Counted from the first letter of the whole stretch, positions 39,441 through 53,589 are shown. The stretch: 63,984 nt of DNA, filler included, from Octopus bimaculoides (GCF_001194135.2; 5 parts of 4 records of this genome joined end to end with filler, not necessarily neighbours in it); one strand, 5' to 3'. Notes: generated from the sequence alone by a model not told the origin. Numbers and translations are program-made.

Positions 39441-39672
39441 TTTGAACCCAAAGAACAAAAAGCAGGTATAAATATTATAAGACTTCTACTGATAATTGTG
39501 CTGCCAATTTGCCGCCTGGAACTATGACTTACAGGAATACGACACCTGTAGTTAACTAACGATAATGAAATTGTTTAAAACGTAAAATAGATTTAGATAG
39601 CGATAAAAACTAGCTCTCACTCACAATCACGTGGTTAATTAGTAAGGAAGCTGAATGACAACGATAGTGGTT

Positions 39673-39709
<37 letters not shown>

Positions 39710-40375
39710 GGTTGGTCAGCAGCTTCCCCTCAAACTCTACAATACTTATCACAGTGATTTCATCATTAACACTAAAATACCAAAAAATAGAAAATTATTC
39801 GGTTTACGTGATTCATTCTGTTTGATCTTGGATTTCAACTCTCTTATTGTTATCGTTGTTGCTATGGTCTCGTTGTTGTTTTTGTTGTGTTAAAACAGTT
39901 TCTAACTCTCACGAGTTTTTTTTTTTTTTCTATCTAATTAATTACATTTTAAGGCTTTCAAAAGAACAGGAAAGAAATTATTTATAATTACATATCCACA
40001 CCACCACCACCGTACTCCATCCTCCGAAAGAGGGAAGGGTGGAGGTACATAATTATAAATATAAATATAAAATTCAAACGGGGATTTTTGTTTTGTTTCT
40101 CCAAACTTGTTAATGAATTAATTAACCAATTCCTATGATTCTTACTGTCATCAATGATAATGAAGCGCTAATCACTAAATCGATTTGNNNNNNNNNNNNN
40201 NNNNNNNNNNNNNNNNNNNNNNNNNNNNNNNTTAATTAATTAANNNNNNNNNNNNNNNNNNNNNNNNNNNNNNNNNNNNNNNNNNNNGAGGGCTGGACCG
40301 AAAATCGAAGTGTGAAACTGTGTAAGAATGAAGTTAGTCATCATGAAAAGCATACATCTGCAAAAGGTATAGAGC

Positions 40376-40468
<93 letters not shown>

Positions 40469-40543
40469 ATAGATAAATAGATAGATAAACAGATAGATAG
40501 ATAGATACTAGATAGATAGATCGATCGATAGATAGATAGATAC

Positions 40544-40591
<48 letters not shown>

Positions 40592-40854
40592 CTACGTACC
40601 TGTTATTCGAGCAACTTGAGCAATTTGAAGGAGCTATGTTAGTTAATAAAAACATTATACTCGACATTACGTGCTGTATAAACTCGTATAAAAAATACTG
40701 GGTCTTTGGATTGCTCTCCGACCTTCTTCCCCACCAGACTTACTGCGAACTGCATATGAGATCAAAGCAAAAGCGTCACATTTTAGGATGAGGAAGCTAT
40801 TACAGGTGAGATGTATCAACGGTCTCCACCTGTCATAAATCTTATAAATTTCTT

Positions 40855-40935
<81 letters not shown>

Positions 40936-41701
40936 GTTATTTTACCTTATTGCCTACCTGTCTACATATGACTTGACCTAACTACACATCTCTCCACCTA
41001 ACTCCATATCTATCAACCCAACTACGTATCGATAGACCTGACTAAAAAAATATATTGGTCATATCTACCTACATATGAACTTAACTATTTATCAATTCAG
41101 ATTCAAAAAGAAACAAAAAAAAAAAAAGAAAATGATCTCAAGAAAAAGAAAAGAAAGAAAGCAAAGAACAAAAAAAACAGGCGAAAGAATTGAAAGAAAC
41201 GGCGAACGCGTGTACACAATATAGAGTTTCAGGTTTCGCTTTTTAGTTTTTAGTTTTTCGCTCAGAGATAAAGTAAGATCAATGAAGAATGAGATCAATG
41301 TTCCAGACAGTTGTCCTTCATCGATGTAAAATAGAGACGAACAATGAAAAGAAAATAATGACCCAAGGGGGCATGGTGTTGTTGCAAGAACGATGTTATT
41401 GTAAGAATGACTTTTCAATAACATTGTTCTAATGCCCTATCGCAACTATCTTTTCATTCCTTTATTTTCCGTAGTTATTTTGTTTCTTTTTGTATGATTT
41501 TTTTTTTTTTGCCTCGATGAAGGACAACTATCTGGAACGTTAAATACACTCGCGATTTCTTCCTTGCAGCGGACAACTAACGATTAAATATTGTCTACAC
41601 GTGTTCACTATTTTTCGTTCCCTTTTCTTTAAATTTCTTTTGTTATGGTTTTGGATTACCACCGCTGACGCAAACTGCTTTTAATATTTCGGATTACATA
41701 C

Positions 41702-41848
41702 GGCGGTGAGCTGGCAGAATCGTTAGTACACCGGGCGAAATGCTTAGTGGTATTTCGTCTGCTGTTTCGTTCTGAGTTCAAATTCCGCCGAGGTCGACTT
41801 TGCTTTTCATTCTTTCGGGGTCGATTAAATAAGTACCAGTTACGCACA
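41702..41848 (+). mobile_element. SINE family B
   Basis: ggcggtgagctggcagaatcgttag...ctgagttcaaattccgccgaggtcgactttgc... Confidence 0.9.
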
Positions 41849-41918
41849 CAAACATATACACACACATACATATATATATACATATAAACGACGGGTGTAT
41901 ATGCATATATATATATAA

Positions 41919-41956
<38 letters not shown>

Positions 41957-42436
41957 NNNNNNNNNNNNNNNNNNNNNNNNNNNNNNNNNNNNNNNNNNNN
42001 NNNNNNNNNNNNNNNNNNNNNNNNNNNNNNNNNNNNNNNNNNNNNNNNNNNNNNNNNNNNNNNNNNNNNNNNNNNNNNNNNNNNNNNNNNNNNNNNNNNN
42101 NNNNNNNNNNNNNNNNNNNNNNNNNNNNNNNNNNNNNNNNNNNNNNNNNNNNNNNNNNNNNNNNNNNNNNNNNNNNNNNNNNNNNNNNNNNNNNNNNNNN
42201 NNNNNNNNNNNNNNNNNNNNNNNNNNNNNNNNNNNNNNNNNNNNNNNNNNNNNNNNNNNNNNNNNNNNNNNNNNNNNNNNNNNNNNNNNNNNNNNNNNNN
42301 NNNNNNNNNNNNNNNNNNNNNNNNNNNNNNNNNNNNNNNNNNNNNNNNNNNNNNNNNNNNNNNNNNNNNNNNNNNNNNNNNNNNNNNNNNNNNNNNNNNN
42401 NNNNNNNNNNNNNNNNNNNNNNNNNNNNNNNNNNNN

Positions 42437-42492
<56 letters not shown>

Positions 42493-42789
42493 GCTTCACA
42501 TGCCAAAGATGCCTCACAGTAGGATCGAATGCGGTGTCTCGTGACTGGACAACAACCTTCTTATACATTCGACAATTCAACATCTACGCTCTCCCTCATT
42601 CAAGTGCACACACACATACACTCGTACATAAGTACATATGTACATACACACACATATATAAATACATACAGACATGCGCCTGTCTGTGTATATCTCTAAC
42701 CAATTTATATGTTTCTGTCGGTTAGTGTATATAAAGCAAATATGCCTATGACTGATTATCTCTGATCGTGTACTGATGGATTAAGTGCC

Positions 42790-43460
42790 TTTTATCCAAT
42801 TAACTATTCATCAATTTAATGCATATATTTCAATAATCACATACCTAGTTTCCTGCTTTTCTTTGAAATTATTTCTAAAATGTTTGCTGGTTATTTATTT
42901 ATTCATATATTTACAGATATAACTGGGGTCTCTCCTAAACGACTCTTTAGCATTTAATTAAAAAGCAAACGAAGTAGCTGTATACATTTATATTTAATAT
43001 GTTTGGATACATTCAAATGTAGAAAGGCCTTCGCTGCCGTAAACTTCTGAAGAGGAATTCCTTTTGTAAAAATAATGACGTCTGTAAAAGCAAAACACTG
43101 AATTAGGCTATACGTGACGTCTTTTGGACTGTTTTTTCATCATTACTTTTCATGGGTGACTGACAACATTTCTGTCATTCACTGTTCGCTAGAAATTGAC
43201 GTTCTTATACACAAATAATAAATAATAAATTTGCTGGCGTGTGAAAAGCTTTATCAAGCTAGAATTAATAAATAAAAGTGAAACTAGGCAGCTACGATCA
43301 AAATAAAACTTTGCATATATTTTTAGTATGTTCGTATACATCGACCAAAAAATACGAGTCCACTAGTACGATTACATCATTCCGAGTGGTATCACGTGAG
43401 TTTTTACGCACAGTGTTTAGAAGGAGAATTTCTCTTGAGAGAGTGTTACTTCAACAAAGG
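42790..43460 (+). pseudogene. Decayed LRR-like segment (weak candidate)
   Basis: SSI*CIYFNNHI, KMFAG, RKAFAAV and TVFRRRISLERVLLQQ (43410-43457), the last with exact F-xx-L-xx-L-xx-L-x-L spacing. Confidence 0.3.
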
Positions 43461-43551
43461 GCTTTCCACAATTGAGTCTACATGAGCGTGTTAAGTATGA
43501 ATGAATCCATTGTAACCACCGGTGCTTTGTTTGTATTTAATTAAATAATGT

Positions 43552-43904
43552 GGAGGCGCAATGGCCCAGTTGTTAGGGCAGCGGACTCGCGGTCATAGAA
43601 TCGCGGTTTCGATTCCCAGACCGGGCGTTGTGAGTGTTTATTGAGCGAAAACACCCAAAGCTCCACGAGGCTCCGGCAGGGGATTGTGGCGAACCCTGCT
43701 GTAATCTTTCACCACAACTTTCTCTCACTCTTTCTTCCTGTTTCTGTTGCGTCTGTAATTCAAAGGGTCAGCCTTGTCACACTGTGTCACGCTGAATATC
43801 CCCGAGAACTACGTTAAGGGTACACGTGTCTGTGGAGTTCTCAGCCACTTGCACGTTAATTTCACGAGCAGGCTGTTCCGTTGATCGGATCAACTGGAAC
43901 CCTC
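43552..43904 (+). mobile_element. tRNA-derived SINE family C
   Basis: tRNA-like head ggaggcgcaatggcccagttgttagggcagcggactc...ggtttcgattccc with A and B boxes, then a ~280-bp body truncated by the gap. Confidence 0.85.
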
Positions 43905-44782
43905 NNNNNNNNNNNNNNNNNNNNNNNNNNNNNNNNNNNNNNNNNNNNNNNNNNNNNNNNNNNNNNNNNNNNNNNNNNNNNNNNNNNNNNNNNNNNNNNN
44001 NNNNNNNNNNNNNNNNNNNNNNNNNNNNNNNNNNNNNNNNNNNNNNNNNNNNNNNNNNNNNNNNNNNNNNNNNNNNNNNNNNNNNNNNNNNNNNNNNNNN
44101 NNNNNNNNNNNNNNNNNNNNNNNNNNNNNNNNNNNNNNNNNNNNNNNNNNNNNNNNNNNNNNNNNNNNNNNNNNNNNNNNNNNNNNNNNNNNNNNNNNNN
44201 NNNNNNNNNNNNNNNNNNNNNNNNNNNNNNNNNNNNNNNNNNNNNNNNNNNNNNNNNNNNNNNNNNNNNNNNNNNNNNNNNNNNNNNNNNNNNNNNNNNN
44301 NNNNNNNNNNNNNNNNNNNNNNNNNNNNNNNNNNNNNNNNNNNNNNNNNNNNNNNNNNNNNNNNNNNNNNNNNNNNNNNNNNNNNNNNNNNNNNNNNNNN
44401 NNNNNNNNNNNNNNNNNNNNNNNNNNNNNNNNNNNNNNNNNNNNNNNNNNNNNNNNNNNNNNNNNNNNNNNNNNNNNNNNNNNNNNNNNNNNNNNNNNNN
44501 NNNNNNNNNNNNNNNNNNNNNNNNNNNNNNNNNNNNNNNNNNNNNNNNNNNNNNNNNNNNNNNNNNNNNNNNNNNNNNNNNNNNNNNNNNNNNNNNNNNN
44601 NNNNNNNNNNNNNNNNNNNNNNNNNNNNNNNNNNNNNNNNNNNNNNNNNNNNNNNNNNNNNNNNNNNNNNNNNNNNNNNNNNNNNNNNNNNNNNNNNNNN
44701 NNNNNNNNNNNNNNNNNNNNNNNNNNNNNNNNNNNNNNNNNTATATATATATATACAGAGAGAGTCAGACAGTCAGTTAGTC

Positions 44783-44819
<37 letters not shown>

Positions 44820-46473
44820 TAGAGAACACGTATTCTATGTCATTCACTAATTTTCACCCTATCTCAAGTTTTGATTATTCAGGTGACATTTTAGAAAGCT
44901 AAAAATAATGTCTCATACGACCTGTTACATTTATGAAATAGTATGTGTGAACATGAAACAAACGATAATTATGTATATTTCCCATGGAGATGTTGAACAT
45001 TTAGATTATTCGTTCCAATATAAAAACAACCATTACAGTAGATATCGGAATACTGCGAATAAAACCAAAACACATATGGTTACTCAGATATTCGTTTATT
45101 ATTTAATATTCTGTTACTTATGAAATGACTGATCAAACAGAATAAGTGATAAACCCTCTCCCAATTGACAGACGTTTAATGGTTGTTAGTCATTTGAAAC
45201 TTTAAGTTAGCTTTCCGAGTTAATAGAATTAATAATATAGACAAAACTAAAATAGGACATACACTATGATAATTTACAATCGATTTTGATTTGCTCTTCG
45301 TGGGAATCTCAATAGCTAGTTTGCTAATAGGAGTCTTGCTACCGCATAGATACATCTGGAGACAACAACATGAGGTCTCATTGAAACTTCACTGTTGCTA
45401 AACCACCCGTCAGTTCAAGCACTGGATATAAATATATTAGTATGTGTCACTTGTCGTATTGTCACACTATATAGAAAAGGCTTTATTTTCTCGCTCCGAT
45501 TAGAGATATATTAAACATAAGGCAAGTTCTTTTTCTTTTACTGTGATGTAATTAATTCAATCAACTCCTGTGTTGGTGATGTGTGACCAGGCTGAAAGTT
45601 AATTCTTTGGAGACTTCTTCTCAGAGAAGAATGATTGGTTACCGCTGATTGATCTTATTTTGGTATTTCATATTGTTAAGTTTTGCTGGCGATTTTAGTG
45701 TTAGATAAACAAGGAAATATATATGATTGCTTCGAAGGTAATCAATAAATCTATGATGAAAGATTTAGGTTATTAGAATGAACGAAATGGACTAAATGTA
45801 TTAGACACGACTGGAACATTTCGTCGAAAATATAATTATTTACGAAGCTAAATGTAATGGGGTTTTTTTACGCGTGGTATAATATCGTTTACCAAAGGTT
45901 GGCAAGAAAGTATTTGTGAAAAAAAATACATCGCTCATTTATTGTGTTAGGCGAAATGACTTTGCAAAATTGTTTAAACTTTTTGTAATGGCTAATAGAA
46001 AAACAGCTAGGTGGCGGTTAAAATGGCAAACAGACATGTCTCATATAGTAATATTCCACTGCAATAGTCCTTGAAAACTTGCCCTATTTTAACTGGCTTT
46101 GTAAAAGCAAGAAGAATAATTTGAAGAAACCAAACATTTATTTTAATATATTTGACTCAAGATAAAGATGAAATACACTTCAAATTGTTTTGTTTTCAAT
46201 AGCATAACAGGTTAAATTCGATTTAAACCTTTTCTTTTTATTTGTTTCTGTCCGTGGAATCTCGTCATAACCGGGCACCACCGCGATGGCTTCGTTCGAA
46301 CAAATCAACTCCAGTATTGCTTATTTTTTTTTAATTCTCGTATTTATTCCATCAGTACCTAAACCGGCTGTCAAGCAGTGGTGGAGGCCAAACACAAACA
46401 CACACACACAAGCACACACACACACGCCACGCGGATACGCGCATACATACATACATGCATATATATATCTATA

Positions 46474-46513
<40 letters not shown>

Positions 46514-47029
46514 GCGACCTCGAACCCACAAAAGTAAACAAGAGAGACAGAGACAGGCAGAAACAAGGAAAATGTCCCTTGTATTTGAATACTATGCAAA
46601 TATTCTTTTAAAAAACTTTTCTTTTAATTTTTCCCAAATTTAATTGTTTTCCATGCTTACAGTTGAAAAAGTCTCAATGACTGAAACCGGTACTGAAATG
46701 TTTTTTATAAAATTATTTTAGCATTTTCCACCTTGACTTTTTATTTCCATATACAGGGTTTCCACAAAGTCTGGATNNNNNNNNNNNNNNNNNNNNNNNN
46801 NNNNNNNNNNNNNNNNNNNNNNNNNNNNNNNNNNNNNNNNNNNNNNNNNNNNNNNNNNNNNNNNNNNNNNNNNNNNNNNNNNNNNNNNNNNNNNNNNNNN
46901 NNNNNNNNNNNNNNNNNNNNNNNNNNNNNNNNNNNNNNNNNNNNNNNNNNNNNNNNNNNNNNNNNNNNNNNNNNNNNNNNNNNNNNNNNNNNNNNNNNNN
47001 NNNNNNNNNNNNNNNNNNNNNNNNNNNNN

Positions 47030-47195
47030 AATAGGTCCGATACAGTTTCTGCCAACCAAATTCACACATAAGATATTAGCTGGTTTGGGGATTTTATAAA
47101 AGAAACTTGTCCATGGTACCGCGTGATGGAACTGAACCCAAATCCACGCTGGCACAAAGCGACTGTCTTCACCACACAGTCATATCTGCGCCTAT
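47030..47195 (-). mobile_element. SINE family A left monomer
   Basis: tacagtttctgccaaccaaattcacaca...ctgaacccaaatccacg...accacacag. Confidence 0.7.
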
Positions 47196-47210
47196 TTCCT
47201 TAATGTGGTA

Positions 47211-47430
47211 GGGCGGCGAGCCGGCAGAACCGTTAGGGTAGCGGACGAAATGCATAGCGGTATTTCGTCTGCCTCTACGTTCTGAGTTCAAATTCCGCCG
47301 AGGTCGACTTTACCTCTTGTCCTTTTCAGAGTCGATAAAATAAGTACCAGTTACGCACTGGGGCCGATGTAATTGCCTAGCCCCCTTCCCACTAAAATTG
47401 TCAAGGCCTTGTGCCTAGAATAGAAATAAT
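47211..47430 (+). mobile_element. Full-length SINE family B with 17-bp target-site duplication
   Basis: Flanks tatttccttaatgtggt (47193-47209) and tatttcattaatgtggt (47431-47447) match at 16/17. Confidence 0.9.
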
Positions 47431-47714
47431 TATTTCATTAATGTGGTGTGGGAAGGGATAGCATTAACGAAGGAATCGTGCCTCTGGAGAAATCACAGCA
47501 ATTAGTCAGATGTTTTGATTGATACAGTTCTGTATTTAAGAGATGAGGAATTATTTACATTATTTACATTTGACGGATATCCGTTAAATTTAAATAATGT
47601 TTTGATTGATGTTGTTGCTGCGTATTCCGGATCAAACAGGTCTATGATCAGTGACATACCAGTCATGATAGAGTTATCTATAGAGTTATCCAACGTAAGG
47701 TTAATATTAGTAAA

Positions 47715-48060
47715 GGAATAGCTGTGTGGTTAAGAAGCTAATTTTGCAACCACTTTGTTTCGGGTTTAGTCCTACTGCATGGCACCTTCAACAAGTGTTT
47801 TTTTTTGTTTCTATAACTGCGAGCTTACTAATGCCTTGTGAGTAAATTTGGTAGATGGAAACTGAAAGAAGCTAATTGTGTGGTTTGTTTTGTGTGGTTT
47901 ATTTACGTTCTCGTCTATTAGCGGTTCGGCAAAAGAAGCCGATAGAATATGTGCTAGACCTTAAAATAAATACTGAGATCTTTTTTTTTTTTCGAGTAAA
48001 GCCTTGGAGGCGGTGCTCCAGCATGGCCGCATTTCAATAACTGAAAAGTAAAAAATAAAA
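47715..48060 (+). mobile_element. SINE family A composite copy
   Basis: Head gtgtggttaagaagct..., tail aggcggtgctccagcatggccgc...ctgaaaagtaaaaaataaaa. Confidence 0.8.
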
Positions 48061-48073
48061 AAAAATTATGCTT

Positions 48074-48287
48074 AATCTTTTCTATAGGCACAAGGCCTGG
48101 ATTTTGTGGGGAGGAGAACAGTTGATCATATCAACCCCAGTACTCAACTGATACTTGATTTCTCAACCCCGAAAGGATGAAATGCAAAGTCGACCTCGGC
48201 GGAATTTGAACTCAGAATGTAGCGGCAGACGAAATACCGCTAAGTATTTCACCCGGCGTGCTAACGATTCTGCCAGCTCGCCGCCTT
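48074..48287 (-). mobile_element. Full-length SINE family B
   Basis: Reverse complement of the family B consensus from ggcggcgagctggcagaatcg to the ggccttgtgcctatagaaaaga tail. Confidence 0.9.
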
Positions 48288-49479
48288 AAAAAAAATATAA
48301 GCTTAAAGATATTCTGATATTGAGGCTAGCTGTTATTTCTAAAAGTTCGTGCAACCACGAAGCGGTTGGATCGGTGCTTTCTGCATTCTGAGGTCGTTAA
48401 AGTTGTTAGAGAATGACAAACCTACATAAAGTGCTGAAAAATCATCAGAAAACATGTAAGTATGATATGCAAAAGTGACAAATCGAAGTTCCTGTGAGAT
48501 CAAGAAACCAATCTTTCTGTCTCGTTCAAAGAATGTCGCAAGCTGCTAAACATCATATGTTAAGTTTGATAAATGTAACAGCTTACTTTCTAACAAAGGA
48601 AAGAACTTGGCTCTGAAACTAATGAAATATGTATGGCATGTGTAAAAAGAACAAATACATTTCTGAATAAGGTAAATTTCTTATTCAAAGCTAATAGACA
48701 AGTCAAAAGATTGAATAGAATTGCGAAAGCGATGCGGTGTGGCTATCAAATAACACCTGATCTTAATACTTTTGAGATAGCAGGAGGTGTTTGCATTGAC
48801 ATTCTATTAATCATACTTGTCTTTCAGGAAAGTTATCTGCAATAATAAAACCTACATTGTCGCTAACGTTAGAACAGTTGACAATTTGACGAGGACGCCT
48901 ATTAAATTTCTTAAGAGAGGAAATGAATGAATATAAAGTAGTCAACTATCTGCTAAAGTTTCATTTGCTTTTTAAAATTCGCTTTGTGAAAATTCTCCTC
49001 GATGAATACAAAAGGCGGTTGCATCATTCATTACAAATTAACTGCAATGATCAGATCTGATTGCGTCACTTGAGTGGCTTTGACAATAGAGGAAAGCTTC
49101 ATGAGCAAATTTGGAAGTTAATATTTGTTTGACAAAATGTAGTTACAACTAACGGCTCCTTGTACTTTTTCACTCCATGCAAAAATGAATCAATAACAGA
49201 CTGAGCCTCCATTCGTAGACGAAGCTTCGCATCTCTCCCAAAGTAGCTGAACTTTGTCCATAGCCATGGTAGTACTAATGTGACAGGCCACACACGTTCA
49301 CAAGTTTATACAAAGATGGACAGCTTTGCCAGGAGTTACAGGAATATATAATTAGCAGTAATTTCTTAGATTGCAGTACTAATATGAGCTTGCTGAAGGA
49401 AGGAATATACCGTTCTAGTATTCGGGCCACAGTCTCAGAGACCATAAATTGTCGCAGTGAATCTTGTCATTCGATCTAT

Positions 49480-49552
<73 letters not shown>

Positions 49553-49811
49553 TTAATTAACATTTACGTATGGCTGCAGGGTCACACCATACTAAATCAC
49601 ATTAAGCTCATTATACATACGCGTCTGGCTCTTGGAAATGTTTTTCTTGTAAGACTCGACATTACTTCAGGTGAAGAAGAAAATTAGCAGGGGCATTTAT
49701 TTTATGGTTTTCAAGATGCATTATATTTACATATACAAATAACAGTAAACTATCAACGCAATTTGAATTTAAAATTGATCATAATTTTTATTATTATTAT
49801 TATTATTATAA

Positions 49812-49858
<47 letters not shown>

Positions 49859-49891
49859 AACCCAGCAAAATAAGCTGAGAGTTTTCATCAA

Positions 49892-49939
<48 letters not shown>

Positions 49940-49949
49940 GTAATAATAA

Positions 49950-50075
49950 TGGTTTCAAATTTTACCACAAGGGTAGCAATTTCGGGGGAGGGGATAAGTC
50001 GATTACATCGACCCCAGTGTTCAACTGGTACTCATTTTATCGTAACCGAAAGGATGAAAGGCAAAGTCGGCCCTG
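49950..50075 (-). mobile_element. SINE family B, 3' part
   Basis: ggtttcaaatttt...gtcgattacatcgaccccagtg...gaaaggatgaaaggcaaagtcg. It abuts a (TAA)n tract. Confidence 0.8.
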
Positions 50076-50645
50076 GTGAATTCAAGGAAACACGCTCTCT
50101 CCATTACTTTTTGTCACAGCATTAATCCCTCTAACAAACACATACGGAGAAAATGCAGGTCTCCCAACGGCTTTACTAAAGCCAGAGTGAATCTAAATCA
50201 CCAATTGTACAGATGGATGATCTTAAACTACACACAATACTGTCTAAAAGCCCAAATTCTCTCGTGCACAAATAAGAATATTCGGCAAGGATATTCGTAG
50301 GCAGTTCATGTGCAGTGTTAATTATGCAGAGAGATCGAAAGATTAAATCTGATGGTATAGAGATACCAGAAAATGATAGCTTTAGATCGTTGAGAGTTAA
50401 CGAAGGATACAAGTACAGGAAGATAATTTAATGGAAAAAAAGGGAATAAGAGAGAAATTCTCCAAAGAGCACTAGAGAAGGATTAGAAAGATACTCGAAA
50501 CAAAATGGAGGCAATGTTATCAAAGCAATCAATACGTAGGCCAAGCGAGCATTGAGATACTCTATTTCTTTTCTATAGTGGACAAACGCACTTAGAAGAA
50601 TTAGACAGAATGAAGAAGCTGCACACACTTTCACAAATCAAACCA
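50076..50645 (+). mobile_element. Dong/R4 RT remnant
   Basis: TLSPLLF..ALIPL...LNHQLY-MDDLKL (YMDD-type, 50196-50232)...CAVLIMQR.KIKSDGIEIP...YKY...NVIKAINT...LEELDR. Confidence 0.75.
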
Positions 50646-50662
50646 CCCTAAAAGTAATATCG

Positions 50663-50950
50663 GTTTCAAAGTTTGACACGCGGCCAGAAAATTCGGGTAT
50701 GGGGAGGAAGCAAGTGAAATTGCATCGACACCAGTTGTTAACTGGTACTTGTTTTATCAACTTCGAAAGGATAACGAGAAAAGCTGACCCTAGCGAAATT
50801 TGAAATCAGAGCGTAAAAATCGACAAAAACACCGCTAAGCATTTTGCTCGACAAGCTAACAATTCTTTTCTACTCTAGGCACAAGGTCCGAAATTTTGGC
50901 GTGGAGGGGGCCAGTCGATTAGATCGACCCCGGTATGCAACTGGTACTTA
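50663..50950 (-). mobile_element. Two tandem degenerate SINE family B copies
   Basis: Family B core and tail motifs at 50663-50850 and 50855-50950. Confidence 0.75.
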
Positions 50951-51563
50951 AGCATCAAGCAGGAAACAGATTAATATAAATACATTAAAAAAAAACATAG
51001 AAATACGCTTGTGTATACGTGTGTATGTACGTGTGTATATATATGTGTGTATATGCGTATGTCCGTGCTGAATATTAGTCATGTTGCCCAGTCTTTGCTT
51101 CAACATTAATTGATAAATACAATTCTGTCATAATTCCAACCAATCGTGCCTCTGAAATCAACAGGTATTGTCTCTTATTGAAATATATTCGACTGATGAC
51201 GAATAAGTAATCTACAAACAATGGAGAATGTGCCATTATGACTTGAATTTTTGTGATTTGCGTACGAAATAAAAAGTTTATCAGTTTGTTTGTGTCAATA
51301 AAAACACGTCAGTTGTATAATACATTGCGCCATAAGACAAGCAAAAATTAACTAACACCAGCGATACATAAGCCATCAATCGCTTAAAAGATCATAAATT
51401 ACATTCTGTTAGTGTACTAATTTTAGATAACTCAGACAAGATTCCTGTATTTCTGACATGATTAATGACTACATAACTAAAGATTGATCGGGCTATTTAC
51501 CTCATCTTTTCTGCATGTATACGATATATCTATATGTAAATTCATATATCTGGATATAAATTC

Positions 51564-51597
<34 letters not shown>

Positions 51598-52106
51598 ATA
51601 TANNNNNNNNNNNNNNNNNNNNNNNNNNNNNNNNNNNNNNNNNNNNNNNNNNNNNNNNNNNNNNNNNNNNNNNNNNNNNNNNNNNNNNNNNNNNNNNNNN
51701 NNNNNNNNNNNNNNNNNNNNNNNNNNNNNNNNNNNNNNNNNNNNNNNNNNNNNNNNNNNNNNNNNNNNNNNNNNNNNNNNNNNNNNNNNNNNNNNNNNNN
51801 NNNNNNNNNNNNNNNNNNNNNNNNNNNNNNNNNNNNNNNNNNNNNNNNNNNNNNNNNNNNNNNNNNNNNNNNNNNNNNNNNNNNNNNNNNNNNNNNNNNN
51901 NNNNNNNNNNNNNNNNNNNNNNNNNNNNNNNNNNNNNNNNNNNNNNNNNNTATATATGCATATGTGTACATATTTGTCTCTGTATTGTCTTCTTTAATTT
52001 GCCAGGGCACTTTGGCAGTCATGCTTCTCTGATCATTTTCATGTTTCATGTACTAAATCACTCGTTCTGACTCTCTTTTTCTTTTTCTTCCTCCTCCTCT
52101 TCCCGT

Positions 52107-52155
<49 letters not shown>

Positions 52156-52200
52156 CACCCATTTATTTGTGCATGTATGAATATTTATATTCATATGTTT

Positions 52201-52243
<43 letters not shown>

Positions 52244-52788
52244 AATATATATATAAACTTAATAATATAGGAACATCTATGTGTATANNNNNNNNNNNNN
52301 NNNNNNNNNNNNNNNNNNNNNNNNNNNNNNNNNNNNNNNNNNNNNNNNNNNNNNNNNNNNNNNNNNNNNNNNNNNNNNNNNNNNNNNNNNNNNNNNNNNN
52401 NNNNNNNNNNNNNNNNNNNNNNNNNNNNNNNNNNNNNNNNNNNNNNNNNNNNNNNNNNNNNNNNNNNNNNNNNNNNNNNNNNNNNNNNNNNNNNNNNNNN
52501 NNNNNNNNNNNNNNNNNNNNNNNNNNNNNNNNNNNNNNNNNNNNNNNNNNNNNNNNNNNNNNNNNNNNNNNNNNNNNNNNNNNNNNNNNNNNNNNNNNNN
52601 NNNNNNNNNNNNNNNNNNNNNNNNNNNNNNNNNNNNNNNNNNNNNNNNNNNNNNNNNNNNNNNNNNNNNNNNNNNNNNNNNNNNNNNNNNNNNNNNNNNN
52701 NNNNNNNNNNNNNNNNNNNNNNNNNNNNNNNNNNNNNNNNNNNNNNNNNNNNNNNNNNNNNNNNNNNNNNNNNNNNNNNNNNNNNNNN

Positions 52789-53505
52789 CAGTCGATTAGA
52801 CCGACCCCAGTGCGCAACTGGTACTTAATTTATAAACACCGAAATGATGAAAGGCAAAATCGACGTCGGCGGAATTTAAACTCAGAACGTAAAGACAGAC
52901 GAAATACCGCCAAGCATTTTGCCCGGTGTGCTAATGTTTCTATCAGCTCGCCGCCTTTAGAATATTCTTTTCTACTCTAGGCACAAGGCCCGAAATTTTG
53001 GGGGAAGGGGCCAGTCGATTAGATCGACTCCAGTACGCAACTGGTACTTAATTTATCGACCCCGAAAGGATGAAAGGCAAAGTCGACCTCGGTGGAATTT
53101 GAACTCAGAACGTAACAGCAGACGAAATACTGCTCAGCATTTCGCCCGGCGTGCTANNNNNNNNNNNNNNNNNNNNNNNNNNNNNNNNNNNNNNNNNNNN
53201 NNNNNNNNNNNNNNNNNNNNNNNNNNNNNNNNNNNNNNNNNNNNNNNNNNNNNNNNNNNNNNNNNNNNNNNACCGCCTTTAAAATATCATTAGGCGGCGA
53301 GCTGGCAGAATCATTAGCACGCCGGGCGAAATGCTTAACGGTATTTCGTCTGAGTTCAAATTCCACCAAGGTTGACTTTGCCTTTCATCCTTTCGGGGTC
53401 GATAAAATAAGTACCAGTTACACACTGAGGTCGATGTAATCGACTTAATCCCTTTGTCTGTCCTTGTTTGTCCCCTCTATGTTTAGCCCGCAGTTGGCAA
53501 TAAAG
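52789..53505. mobile_element. Cluster of three SINE family B copies (two minus in tandem, one plus head-to-head)
   Basis: Copies at 52789-52955 (-), 52963-53277 (-, across a gap) and 53293-53505 (+). Confidence 0.85.
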
Positions 53506-53589
53506 AAATAAATATTTGCCGACAGACAAGTTTAACATGGTTGTCTCTGTAATGCGGACTAACTGGGGATTGTACTAAATATATTTGTT

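Noticed and set aside
43552-43625. tRNA gene-like sequence
   Set aside because: It continues into a SINE body and lacks a proper acceptor stem and terminator, so it is a SINE head.
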